A stretch of DNA of 63,091 nucleotides, the filler included, from Neolecta irregularis DAH-3 (Eukaryota), in the NCBI GenBank assembly GCA_001929475.1. It is 10 parts of 10 records of this genome, joined end to end, with 100 filler letters (N's around TTAATTAATTAA, not from the genome) between each part and the next. Parts side by side here need not be neighbours in the genome. Positions count along the whole stretch, not along the records: positions 19,414 to 45,356 come from LXFE01003800.1; 9 more parts are not named here. One strand, 5' to 3'. The notes beneath the pieces were generated by a model. The model saw only the letters and a list, made by a program, of their open reading frames with translations. It ran no database searches and was not told the origin of the DNA. Shown piece after piece: positions 26,025-41,985 of this stretch (positions within the stretch are counted from its first letter, which is position 1; every line of letters starts with the position of its first letter). Position numbers and translations under genes: made by a program.

Positions 26025-27654
26025 CTATTCATTTGCTTCTTTGCCACGATACAGCAAGACATACGCTCCATCGCTCTCACCACCACCCATCAGCTCCTCG
26101 ATCTTGGATTCCGGGACCGTCGAGACTTTGTCATCATTGAACTTCCACCATTCACCTGTACATCAGCAATTAAATACATGTAGAACAGGTACCACTCGCA
26201 TCTGTCTTCTTGCACCATGCTATATAATGACCCCCGTTGGCACTCGCCCCTTGATGAGTGATGATCCCTATCAAATCATACGAGGCTGTGATACACTCGC
26301 CTCTGGTCTTATCAATCACCTTCGAGTCGTTGTCTGCGGTGTTTTCTGTTTTGGACTTGGCAGAACCAGAAGTATCACATATTTTCGACCCCTCGACTCC
26401 TTTTCCCGATACTTCAGCCGTTCCATCGAGATATTTCCTTCTCTTTCGCTCGTGTTCTGCTTCTTCCCGCTTCCGCTCAGTCTCGCGGACACGGTCATGC
26501 CCCGGTCCAACGCGCTTTTGCAGTTCCGCAGTCAGGAATTCAAACGTGTCCAATACGAACGGAAATTTTACTTTCTTCATAATCTTGGCTTTTTTGTTAA
26601 TATCGCGCCGCCAGAAAAATCTGACAAAATGTACCGTCAGGTATTTTGGAAGTCTGCAGATTTTGGAAGTTCTTTGATATACGACTTCGCGGTTTAAAGT
26701 CGCAGAATGTTTACTAATTGATTCCACAAGAGATTTTTTAATGCCCGAAGAGAGATATGACGTCTCCTTATCGATATGACAGTCGAGTTTATGGAATTTT
26801 TCCGTCGAGACGATAGACTCTTCAGCTTCGGCGTTGCTGAGGGTTGACGAAAGTTCTCCAGTCATATAGTCCTCTACAAAATTCACCTTTCCCCGCATCG
26901 AAGATAATATTTGTGACCAGACTTCCTCCGCGTCTTGTTGCTCATAATGACCCGCGCTATTTCTCTGGGCAAATTGGGGGAACGCAGTTCGCAGATAGGT
27001 AATCAGGCTGATCGGTGGAATCGCGCGTGTGGTTTGAGACAATTGGTTAAAAATCGCGAGAAGGTTGGAAGGAACATCATTTGTCCCTGAATATCTTCTC
27101 ATTAATCTCTCTTCAAACAGAGAAATACGATTGCAAAGATTCTTGTAGCTCCGGAATTTGACGAAGACATTGGACGGTCGAGTTTAAGTAGCATGTATTT
27201 CCAATATTCACCAAACCAGCGGGAAATTGATTCTGAACAAAGTAAGCCGAAAACATTGTTCTCGTAGAACTCTATACCGTCTTGGCTAGTTCATTTTCTG
27301 TCATATCTTCGAGAAACACAATTTTTTCCTTTGGTGCAACGGGAATCTCAGAGGCGGTTCCCATCACCATCAAGGTCTGCCCTGGTTTAATTGCCACTGT
27401 TGATAAATCTGTCTCATCCTACCAGTGATTAAACCCTTTTGAAAGAATATAATACCTTCATTTGCGTTCCCTTGATCAAAATTTTCATCCGTTCTGGCTC
27501 CACACCAGTTAAACTGAACACTTGCATTTTGAATGTCGTAGGAGATTCCGAGGTATCGAGATCGACGTCAAAAATCTTACCGGACCATTTTAATTTGACT
27601 GCATTTTAGGATATTACTGGGCCTGGAGAAATAGATACCTGGAATTACCGACAT
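26025..27654 (-). CDS. ubp6: Proteasome-associated ubiquitin-specific protease Ubp6/USP14 with N-terminal UBL
   Basis: UBL ([21 protein letters not shown]), Cys box [40 protein letters not shown], His box [12 protein letters not shown]. Confidence 0.96.
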
Positions 27655-27989
27655 AGTGGTGGTTCGAGTTGGCGTGACGTCAAACACTTTGGGGAACTTG
27701 ACCACCACCCTCAGCCGCTGTATACTCTTATGGTCCACCTAATTATTTCAGAAATACGGTGAATGAAAAGGAAAATCTATTTAGCGTTAAAGCTACTTTA
27801 ACCGATCGATCATATTTACGGGCTTGCAGACCGCAAGAAGAACAAGCAGAGAGGAGGCCAACCTCGTCACTGACAAACAAACAGCAACATCCTTGAGACC
27901 AGATCAATCTTATTCTCCACAAGAGCTATCAAGATCAATGAGGAGAATCGCGGAACGGATGGAGATCCGTAATGGAAGGAGTGAATAGG

Positions 27990-28135
27990 CAGCCGCGAAG
28001 TGCGCCTCAAGCAATTACTATATAGGTAGGTCTTTATCTGGCTAGCAGGGCACTTTAACAGTGTAAATTGAATATATACGTAATTATCTTCACTCAATGT
28101 AAATGCCACACCAACCTAAGGCTACGAATGACCAA
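27990..28135 (-). mobile_element. Degenerate LTR remnant of the same family as 41591-41900
   Basis: Reverse complement resembles the LTR core (tacgtatat..gctagccag..ctacctatata); caacctaagg is shared with 19569. Boundaries approximate. Confidence 0.45.
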
Positions 28136-28387
28136 AGGAAACCCCTGAACACTCACAGGAGATTGACGGATCATTCACCCAGTCTGCCATGACCAGTTGC
28201 CTCACAGACACTCAACTCAATCTCCATCCGTCTGAGACTTGTAGTTAAGTGGAAAGCATAACATTTGATTTACCCGAAGAAGTATTCTAGGGCATGGTGT
28301 GCCATATTATTTTCTTCAACTAACGCCTTGAATTCGAGTCGCAACAAAAGTCTCCACGAATGATCGCAGGGTACACCAATTCATATA

Positions 28388-28731
28388 ATGTTGCCAAAGC
28401 TCCTCTTCATCATCGGACTTTAAACTTTTCTATGTTAGGCAATAGAACTTGAGGGTTTCAAAAACATTAAGACGAATTGAAACATTCTCAAGTTGTCTAC
28501 CGAGGCAGGTCAGCGCAATTTGGCATTCCTGCAAACATGGACGAGCTCGAAGGAATAAACAAGTGTCTAAAGCATGCCTTGATCCAAAATAAGTGTGCAA
28601 AATGTTCATAGTAACCTCTTTCCCTCCAAATCCCCTGGTTTGCAGGATGTTTAAGATTCCGGCGTCACAATTAATTCCTGTAACTATGGGCACTCCTGGA
28701 TCGTCGGTAATATTCGAGTAAGTGCTTGCGA
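28388..28731 (+). pseudogene. Truncated pseudogene copy (exon 1 only) of the 20301 PAN-module gene
   Basis: Aligns with 20301-20646 and its upstream flank; in-frame stops (TAA at codon 12, CLDPK*); homology ends 13-14 nt into the intron. Confidence 0.85.
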
Positions 28732-28748
28732 TAACCCTAACCCTAACC
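28732..28748 (+). repeat. Interstitial telomeric repeat (TAACCC)x~3
   Basis: taaccctaaccctaacc sits exactly at the point where homology to the paralogue stops. Confidence 0.7.
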
Positions 28749-29296
28749 TCCTCTCATATGACATAGGCAAAATCAAGCTAAATGTGTCCTTGGGCAGTAT
28801 TTAGAGTCCCGTTGAATGATATTCTGCAAGGCTGATATAAGCAATCATTTCTGTGATTGTGTTTCCTCCGAGCAAATCACGAAGCAGCTTTGGGAGGTTT
28901 GAGTCAAGATGATCATGGATGCTGTGGGGTCAGCGGCATTGGGAAGAGGCAAACTCTGTATGTGTATGGAGGTGCAGCGCAGCCGGAGCGAAGAAAGGGA
29001 AACGCGTGAGGGGGAGCCAAAGAGGGCGTCGATGAGGGCAGAGCCGCCGGGGGACAGTGGTCCAGGATGGCAGTGACGGTCTGCGCCACGGAGGAGCGGC
29101 ACTGTGGCTGTGAGGGTTCTTTGCTCAGCACTCAAGATCTGACGGGCATTCTCCCGGCTTACCCTCTTGATTTACCCGAAAAAGTATAAGGACATGTTGG
29201 GCAAAATTACTTTTCTTCAACTAGTGCTTTGTATTCGAGTCTCAACAAAACTCTCCACGAATTATACACATCATACACCGTACAACAACTCACATA

Positions 29297-30603
29297 ATGT
29301 TACCAAAGCTGTTCTTCATCATCGGACTTTATTCCTTTCTATGTTCAACAATAGAGCTCGAGGGTTTCATTTCAATTTCAACTCTCAAGTTGTCTACCAA
29401 GGCAAGGTAGCGCAATTTGAGAAGGAATAAAACAGTGTGCTAAAGCATGCCTTGATGCCTAATATTTGTGCAAAGATTTTATGCTAACCGCGTGAATTCC
29501 AAATCACCTGGTTTGCATGATGTTTAAGATTCCGGCATCACAAATAATCACTATACTTGAAGACACTGCTGGACCATCAGTAATATTCGAGTAAGTGCTT
29601 GCGACCAGTGGTAAAAATTCTTATATTCTAGGGTTGTTGAATCAGAGCCAGTTGAACCTATTATTGAAAGATTTCTTTATGATTATAAAATGCCAGAAGA
29701 TGATTGGGCCAAAAGACTTATTGGTGGGTATTACTTAATATGGGAACATGCAAATGGATATCTCCCCCATATGATAAGAGCTTTCAAACCTGTCATGTAT
29801 AGTGAACCAGCAATCGCAATGGATTTCGAAAAATGGACTTCTGTGCGGGATATCTCCCAGTCTCACAGACCAATTACCGAACTTGAGGCATTTTCTGACA
29901 AGAAAGTTTTGGAGGGTATCAAATCTTGGGAAAGATTTTCAGAAAAAACGGAAATTGATCCTTCAGAATCGTTTGCCACCATTTTGTTGATTTTTCTTGA
30001 TATCTTTTGTCCGCATATTCGTCCAGTACGATCCAATCAAAAATGTACTTTTCATTGATAAGTCGTTTCAATGGGGCCTAGTCATTATGCGATAGTACGA
30101 GACCAGCCAAAGTCCAAGAAAGAGTCANNNNNNNNNNCGAGGATATACACATACTCGTCGTTTCAATGGGGCCTAGTCATTATGCGATAGTACGAGACCA
30201 GCCAAAGTCCAAGAAAGAGTCAGAAGTTTTGGTATATTTGACGAAAATGGAAAGCGAGGATAGTAACATGAACCAAAAAACAGCTGTGGACCTCTTTCAA
30301 CAAGCAATGAAACCGAAGATGACCACGCAGTATTCCAAGGCCGTTACATACGATACCGGCCTCGATGAGCAATGGCAAACTTTACGTGTGTTGATTAGCG
30401 TTATGCAGTCACTTATTGAACCTGAATTGGGTTTGATTAACTATAAGTATCCTGGAAAATCTCGATTGACATTCTATCGAGACCTTGTAACGGCAGTGCT
30501 CTCCCACATTTATGGAAAAAAGTACGAGAGAACTCGAATCTTTTCAGCGTTGAAGATGAGATTGCAATCGAATAAGTTTGCTGACATCTCATACCAGAAA
30601 TAA
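29297..30603 (+). pseudogene. Full-length pseudogene paralogue of the 20301 PAN-module gene
   Basis: Same signal peptide, the same 41-nt intron (29591-29631) and a homologous C-terminal domain; frameshift after ELEGF, stop in CAKACLDA*YLC, and a further frameshift after FCPHIR. Confidence 0.8.
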
Positions 30604-31927
30604 TTCTTTATTGTGTTTTATGAAAGATCGGACATGCCAATTCTTTTGTAACAGAATTTTAGGTATGTTTCAAGTTATGTTTTCTTCAATTTTGAAAGTA
30701 TTGCTATAATATGAACTTTGAGAGAGCGCACCCAACTCGACCCTGCCACAACCTCGGAGAATGAGACCTCGCTCATCGATATCGGTTAGGCGAGTCCAGC
30801 ACGATGGATCCAGGCAGTCGAGGCCCACAACGTCAGGCTTTAACCGTAGTAATTACGATTCCGTCTGAACTGCTTTCGATCTACCCTCGACATTTTCATT
30901 GTCATATACCAAGGATTTATTCCCACGAATGTTTCTCGATACTCTCTGATTGCCATCTTCTGTACAGATTGTTGAAAATGCAGGCGAAGGATACGGCAAA
31001 ACATTCATTCCCTTTTTGGTAAAAGGCGTGCAATTTTTATCATATTTTATCCCTCTTCAATTAGAAATTTCTTCAAGCCGAATGAGCTTACCGAACGACA
31101 ATATCACTCTGTAACATACCTATCTGGAATCGAATTTTTCGAATCACTGCAATGTGATAACAAACACCCAAAATGCCAATCAAAATTATTGGCCAATGGG
31201 AAACCATAATTCCGTTACCAAGTTGGTAATCTAGACAAATCATATTTCAGTATTTGACATGGGCTGATTGACGTGGAGGTGATGAGATTTGTCTACGCTA
31301 GCCAGAATCAACATTTTGATAAATGGCAACGTTAAACATATAAGAAGGATTCCGATGGTGTAATAGTGACAGGTACTACGATCATAATTCTTATTTACAC
31401 CCAGTCCTTTGTGCTAGTGAATCAAGAAATATTCCAACTCTTGTGCCAAAGTAGATCAGTTAAGCTACTTACATATTTCTTTACTTGAGAACTACTGAAG
31501 CAAACACAGCTGTCCAACTCTGCAAAAATGCAAAAAATACTATGTAGATCAATGGATCTCGATGATCCTTAATCATTCCTCTTTTGAGTTTCCTGCCATT
31601 GACCTCACGGCTTTCATATACCATTCTGCCTCAGTACCGGAGCAAGAATTTTCCGTAAAGGTGGGAAATGATATCGATATTTAGGACTATGCTTTAGTTA
31701 AGTAGAAAGACTATTTTTTCATAAATTAATTGGTAACATACCAACTGGCGCAGGTTAAATGGCTCGTACAATCTAAATATACCTGCTAGAATACTCTGTT
31801 GTAATGATTCTAAATGCTTGTGTGCCTAGCCTTTTGAGATTTTTCCAGTTTTGATGGTTAGTCCCTGTTCGAGGCGGAACTTGGAGCCGGTCTAACCTCC
31901 AACCGAATTGAATATTCTAAATACCAA

Positions 31928-34917
<2,990 letters not shown>

Positions 34918-35168
34918 TTGGCGATAATAAATTGTGATGTTTGAATGTTCCTCTTGCATGGTGTTTGTTCCTGTATATTAGTTGAATTTAAAAGATTCTT
35001 TTCATTGGATTGTAGGTTATATTTCGACGATACTCATCGTAAAGATATTTCCGCTGAATCATGGGAATACGTATGTAACATAGATCATAATACCTAAAAC
35101 TCATATGAAACCCATCAATCAAATTCGCCCGACCCAACATGAATGTATAACTACACCAACAACAAAAC

Positions 35169-36688
35169 TTAATCGCCAATCTTTAATTTTTCAAAGTTAT
35201 GAAGAGCAGGTTTGGTACTTTCAATTTCTTGCTTTCCAGCCATACGTCGTTCAAGAGCGGAGGCAACCCAGGGAACGAGGTCTATTTGTTTCCTTTTGTA
35301 TCGTTGTAACCAGGGGTGTTTTAGTAGTAGGGCATATACTGGTCTCTTTGATGGGTTTTTGCATAGACTAGTCGAATTAGGATGGGAGGAAGGAGTATGT
35401 CACCATTGATGGACGAAATCTTGGGCATCGGGAGTGAATTTGGCTGGGGGAAGTTCGGGTGGTTCACCTTCTACGATGGCGTTTAATTGAGCAAATATAT
35501 TGTTATAGGTTTCTTGATTGTTAGTCTTGTACAGATCCAAAAATACCCGGGGGGTATGGATATCCGCCCATTGCACATTCAAGGATGCTTAAACCTAAAC
35601 TCCAGATATCTGACTGGGCGCTATATGTACGGCCCGCCATGCCTGAATTTTCGGCCTTGATGCGTTCGGGCTAATGGTTAGTTTTAAAAGCGGGAAGAGA
35701 TACAGCCATATAACTTTGACAACCAATATTTGTTTTAGCGAGTGAGGCGACGAGATTACCCGATACACCAAAATCGCACAATTTTACTTTTCCAAGTGTA
35801 TTTATCAGAATGTTTGTTGGTTTTACATCTAGAGATTAAATTTATATTAGGGTGAGACACCTCTGTGAATGATGTTGTGGTCGTCTTTGAGGGTTTTTAG
35901 GGCTTCGACGGCGGATACAGTGATTGTCCCAAGTTCGTCCTCGGGAATGCCGTCAAGGTATAGTTTGTCGAGGCTCATGCCGTCCATGAATTCCATGCAG
36001 AGATAGACGGATCTAGATCAGCAAATGGTGGTGGAGAATGGATACCCCTCTATGAAAAAGGCGCCGTAGAATTCGACGATGTAGGGGCTTGATGTTTTAT
36101 GGAGGACTTCGAGTTCCATGATGATTGCGTTTAGCTTTGCGTGGTCCAGCTCGAGGCGGATTTCCTTCATTGCCATGATGACTTTTGTGGGTTTGTGGAG
36201 AACTTTGTAGACAGTGCCGTAGTTTCCCTTGCCGAGTTCTTCGTGGATGGCGATTTCTGACATTGTGATGCGAAACGACTGCCCGCTCGTGAAATCGACA
36301 CCGTGCGAAGACAGGACTGCTTTTCCAGCGAAATTGAGGGATCCTGTCTGCGCATCCACAAAGCTGCTGAACTCTGCAAATTTGCTCGTCTGTGCCGCGG
36401 GCGCCGTGCCATTTAGCGGCAATTTGAGTCCGCGACGGGCGCCGAGACCGGTGCTGGGTGTCGATTCGGGGGATTTTGAGCGCGACGCATGGAACTTGGA
36501 GTCAGCGCGTTTTCAGTATGTTAAACCTGTTTCATGCGCTCCTGCAGATCTGCGCGAATCGCACTGGCTCCGCCTGGGCGCACGCCTATTTGAGCCGGCG
36601 CAGATGGGGGGCGGCGTGCATTGTGCACAGAGCCGAGTGCAGCCGCCACCATCGCAGACGTCGCAGCATCGTCGGGGGGCGAGGACAT
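35169..36688 (-). CDS. wis1: Stress MAP kinase kinase Wis1/Pbs2
   Basis: [68 protein letters not shown]-terminal KPALH. Confidence 0.95.
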
Positions 36689-36696
36689 GAATTAAT

Positions 36697-36900
36697 ATGG
36701 AGGAGAGGAGGAACTTGGAGGAGAGGAAGAATATGGAGAGGGGGAATATGAAAGAGGAGGAATTTAGAGGAAAGGAGGAATGCGGAGAGGACGAATATGG
36801 AGCGGAGGAACTTGGAGGAGAGAATGAATATGGAGGAGAGAATGGAAGAATATGGAGGAGAGGAGAGGAAATAGAGGGGAGAGGAGAGCAGAGGAGAGCG
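36697..36900 (+). repeat. Purine-rich degenerate tandem repeat (GGAGGAGAG/AATATGG units) immediately upstream of wis1
   Basis: Repeated atatggaggagag and ggaacttggaggagag units. Confidence 0.75.
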
Positions 36901-37773
36901 TGTCGTGGTCTAGCAACGAACAGGGCATTGCACTGCAAAACTCCTGCTGAGGTCAGTTCGCAAATTCAGGTTAATCTAAACCGCCACGGTTTCAGTCAGT
37001 CATCATAGCAGCTTCCATTTGTATATGCTGCGTGTCATGGAAGAAATGCATCTAGATATTCCGTGACCAAGGATATCCAAATGGTTGCTGTCAGTCATCA
37101 TGACTCGTACAGAATGTAAGCGTTATGCGTGGCGATCCGTTCAAATGATATTCAATGACATTCAGTGATATTCAATCATGTTCAGATATAATATCTTACA
37201 ACATTCTTACAACATTCAAATGGAATTAGTTCTCAATACTTTATTTTATCGGGTTTCAAAAAACAAGTTTGCCTAATTTTGGAGTAGAATCTTTTCACCC
37301 TCATTCCATCACACCCACTTTTAAAATTTCGTTTACTACTTGTCTTTCTAGCTTCCTTGCCAGCTGGTATGTCTATTTCTCGCTTGATAATCCGAATGAT
37401 GATATTTTATGCCTCGACTCCGTGAGAGAACAGCATAGGATCAACCACCTGACATTTTTCCTTCTCTCTATTTCTCATAAATATACGTTTCTAGTTCTGA
37501 CCGCTCTAGGTATGTCCATTTCTTTCTTGATACTCCAAGTATGATGTCCAAACACTTATTTACATTATCTGATCCTCCTGATCCGAAAATCCTTTTTTCT
37601 GAATCGTCCTCCTTTTTTCCTGTGGTTTTAAATACATCGGTTGACCGTTTAGCTTGTAGAATCAGTCATAAATATGTCCACTCGTTTTAATATACTCTCC
37701 CTTCTACTTTTAATGTATATCCGTCTGGTAATTTTGATCCGAGAGATCGATCCAACCTGCATTCAGAAGCTGC

Positions 37774-37910
37774 GAAATCAATGATTCATCGAAACTAGAA
37801 TAAAATATTCATCAGGAATGCTGAAATCAATGATTCATCGGAAACAAAATCAATGATTCATCAGGAATGCTGAGAAATCAATGACTCATGGGAAATGCCG
37901 CGAAATCAAA
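37774..37910. repeat. Cluster of AAATCAATGA(T/C)TCAT repeats containing AP-1/Gcn4-type sites
   Basis: ATGATTCAT at 37781, 37830, 37853 and ATGACTCAT at 37881. Confidence 0.7.
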
Positions 37911-39181
37911 TCATCAATCATCACCCCATGTCATCTTTGTCGTCACGATTCCTCAACGTTGATCGAATGGGCAAAAATAAAGTGGTATGTATCTGTACAT
38001 TCTCCAGTTGCATTCTGATTCCCATGTATGCACGAAAGAAGGGGATAGTTGTTTACAAAATTGTCCCTGGACCAGCATTGGCTTGAATTTCTTTGGGTTT
38101 AGTAAAGACGTGTCTCATTATCTCTAGTAGCAAGCAGTTTGTCACTTACTGTATGCGAAAATATATATATTCCTCATCGAGACAGAAAATAGACCGATCC
38201 TCTGAAACTCTGACCATAAAGACTAATACATTATTCTTTTTAGGATATGCCTTTGGGATTTAGAAATAGTAGCTCGGTACTACATCCCTGTTTCTTCCGC
38301 CCATAAGAACCAGAGATATCACAAAAGAAGCTCTAGCTATGACGACCCATAGGGAGACAGAGCCGAAAGCCAGTCGATTCGCGAAACTAAATATACTCTT
38401 ATGAGCCATGAGCAATACCCGTACAATTGTAGCCTCAATTTCAACTTCATTTCACCAAAACATATCACGTGCCATACCTCGGATGCTTGCTGCATTTCAT
38501 GGAAAGTTGCTTAAAATTTTCATTTTTCGAAACGGCAACACGTTTATAACACGCAGGTTGCAATTGTAGAGCTTCGCAGACTTAGATGACTTGGATAAAA
38601 CGAGAAAAAAAGATGATGGTTAAATTCCTTCGCTAGAATAACAGTGCATTATTCAGCATTATTCACCGGTCCTGCAAGCAAGCAGCTACCGGTGTACTTA
38701 TATGAAACAGAAATAGCCGCATCAGTTATAGAAACGTGGACTTTGACCAATGGAAAAGCCAAACAAGAGACCCCTTTAAAATATCCTCCAAAAGATTACA
38801 ATATCATTTTCGTACCAAACGCTTTTCAAAATTTCTCGCTTGAGGCTCGCTCAGTTACTCAGACAAAGTTTTTATGGTTGCGCTTTGTAGTTGGATGAAA
38901 GACGAGCAGGGATGTGGGGTTGGAAATAGCGGCGATATTAATCGTTTATCATTGGTTTGTACCCAAGAGTTGACGAACAGCGCAATGAATCCATACCTGT
39001 TTATCACCAAAGATCAGCGAAATGACACGAAGCCGCCCATGTATAATCTATTTTGGTAATCAACTAACTTGAATCAATTAGGTAACGTTCCTGCATCTGA
39101 ATATCAGACAAAATTCCCCCTTTACTCTTTGCAAGTCATTATTCTCGAAAGTCTTTTTCAACTTAAAAACCTCTTCGTTCA

Positions 39182-41077
39182 ATGTTTGTCTTCGGTGGGC
39201 GGGGGTCATTATTTTCAGAAGGGTCGAGTTTCATTGTCTCTACGATCTGTGCCTTGGTACATTCTACTATTGGACCTGTCAAACTTGATCAAGATCCTTG
39301 GATATGTTATACGTCTTGTCTTTTTCCACCCACTTCGGCATTTCAAAGGTCCTTTTTGGGCGAAGATCAACCCATTCTGGCATGTCATAGTTCTTCAAAC
39401 AGGCCAGAGACATAAGAAGCTACGGAAATTGCATGATCAATATGGTACTATCCACCTTCTCTAATCAATGTCAATCAACTTAAGGTGATGTCGTTCGAAT
39501 CTGCCCTAATGCAGTTTCAATCTGTAACGCTTCTGCAATAAAAGGTATGAAAGTTCTAGATCTCAATCTTGAGAGTAGACGTCTTTGGGCCAGCTTCATC
39601 TCTTGTAAAATCCAAGGCATATGATGCCCTTGGAGATGATCCTTCGAATCGTAGTATCAGCCGGATTCGAGATAAATCAGTTCACCTACAGCTCAGGAAA
39701 GCACTCGCACCCGCCTTTTCTACCCAGTCATTGGACAAAATGGAACATTTGGTTTCTCATAATCTTGACCTCCTCTGTAACGGGCTCCTCAAGTTTGGAG
39801 GCAACGGAAGAATTCCTTTGGTTATTCAATATTTTCGTTCGACTCAAGCTTATAAATTAGAATCTGACACTTTGGACTAGCTTTTTAACTTTTGACGTGC
39901 TGGGCGACTTGTGCTTCACTGAATCCTACGGTTTACTTGAGGGGGGGCGGATGGCACCAATTCTTGAATGCACGACTGCCACGCTCAGATTTGGTGGATT
40001 TGTATGGGCTTTTCAGATTCGACTAATGAAGGTAGGCAATGGCGTCGCCTTTTCTTGCGTCTTTAAAGAAATATCTGGCTCCAAAGGACTTTGTAGAGAA
40101 ACTGGTTCGATTCAAAAGTGTATGTCATTCTGTTGATTAAAGACAATAAACCTCATTACAATAAGGACTGCGCCATGCGGATAGAAAAGCGACTTTTGAA
40201 CCCAGCTGGCCGGGAGGACTTTATTCACTATTTACTTGCTTATGCTGATGCTGCGGCAACTGCCGAGGATCGAAAGGGCCGGCTTACAGCAACCACTGAA
40301 ACACTCGTGTAGGCAGGCTTATCAAAAATATCAATCCCTAATCTTTAGACTTGCAGGAACTGATACAACGGCCAGTATCTTTCCAGACTTCACTCTAGCA
40401 TCATTTTAATGCTTTATAGCAATTCTTTGCGCTGCAATCTCATATCTCTCAATATGTCCTCGGGTACTATCTAAACTTCGGGAAGCGCTCGATGCTCTTG
40501 TAGACTTGGACATGACTAACGCTCGACTTTCGGAAATACCATTGTTGGATGCAATCATCGATGAAACGCTGAGAATATGTCCACCATTGCTGACTTCCAC
40601 TCCTCGTGACACGACCTGTGCTACATATATTGCTGAGTACCTTATCCCTTCGAATATTGAGGTTATAATACCAACGTGGGCCATTTGTCATGATGCACGG
40701 TACTTCACAGAACCAGAGGAGTGGATTCCAGAAAGATGGATCGATAAAGACTATATTAAGGATCAAACACTGGGTCGAACTGCCTGGTAAATATGCTTTA
40801 CTGGACAAATTTGACTTTTCAGGCAGCCGTTCTCCTTGGGACCACGAGCCTGTATAGGAAAGAAGTATTTGATTGTCTTTTTCTTATACCAATCGATAGC
40901 ATGGCCTATATTGTCCTCAGACTTAGCATAGCTCGATTGGTCCGCAGTTTTGATTTCGAGCTCGCTAAGCCTGTCCGTTCTTATGAAGTTGAAGATTTTG
41001 TCGCTGCTCAGAGACCTGAGCTATTTGCGCGAGTTCGCTCAAGATCACACTCTCTGTTAGGATTGTCCGTAATATAG
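39182..41077 (+). CDS. Cytochrome P450 monooxygenase, multi-exon
   Basis: HPLRHFKGP, LHDQYG-VVRICPN, AGTDTT (I-helix), ETLR, PERW, heme motif PFSLGPRACIGK. Confidence 0.95.
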
Positions 41078-41590
41078 TGAGCAGGATGAATATCCTCCGT
41101 CCACATTCTTTAGTTTGACGAATGAGTTCTGCTGCCAAGTGTATTTGGAAGATTGCATTAGTATATATGGATAGATCATTTCATTGTTGGGAGCCGCAGT
41201 CACCACTGCAAAGACGTGATTGTAGTCTGTAGATATGAAATTAGAAAAGCAGAAATCTTATGTGCATTCAATTTTTGAACCCCGTTTTTTGCCTCTATCC
41301 GAGATCATGAAAAATCGGTGCATATGGATGGTACATGAGCTAGTTGTATTTCCACAGACAATCATTTGCTAGAGGGTTGTAGAATTTCTAGGACTTGAAA
41401 ATTAGAATGTTCTCTCGTTCCGCACAATACCCTTCCTTAGAACATGCAGGAGGTACTTGCTATTTACTGTGCCTAGAGAGCTAGCTCTTTGCTAGTCTTT
41501 CATAGCATTCGAGTGCTTAGTTGAACCTTTCTGTAGTCTTTTCATATGGAGATTCACGGGCACTGGATCGCTTCATGATCTAAATGAGAC

Positions 41591-41900
41591 TGTCAGCACA
41601 CGACCTAGGTTGGGTGCTGATGTGGACTTAGGTTGGATATGCCAACGTAGATACTGTGAGTAAGAGTAACTACGTATATTGAATATCAGGTGAAAGCCTA
41701 GCCAGCTAGTCCAGCTAGGCGCTACTTATATACAGATTCGGCACATGTGCTGCTATTGTTCTGCCTGGTAGCGACGCCTGTGACCGGTCCGACTGGGATG
41801 AGCGGCGGCCCTTGCTGCTCTCTGTGCCCCTTCCGATGATTGGGCGGTGGCGGTGGCAAGCTGGTGGGGGTTGCGACGGTGGGAAAGTTGTGTCCCCACA
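41591..41900 (+). mobile_element. Solo LTR, 310 bp, TG...CA, with 5-bp target-site duplication GAGAC
   Basis: gagac|TGTCAGCAC...GTCCCCACA|gagac; internal TATA-like cttatata; homologous segments at 19555-19591, 46280-46441 and 49805-49975. Confidence 0.88.
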
Positions 41901-41985
41901 GAGACTACCGGTGAGAGTTTACGTAACTGTAATTTCAAATTATATATTACTTGCTATTCTAGATTGTACTTGTCAATTCTGTGTT

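Noticed and set aside
30063..30222. Direct repeat of ~65 nt in the third PAN-gene copy
   Set aside because: It flanks a 10-N gap and is most likely an assembly artefact.
38644..39059. Stop-interrupted frame containing YNIIFVP, a possible relic of the PAN-family C-terminal domain
   Set aside because: The similarity is limited to a few residues.
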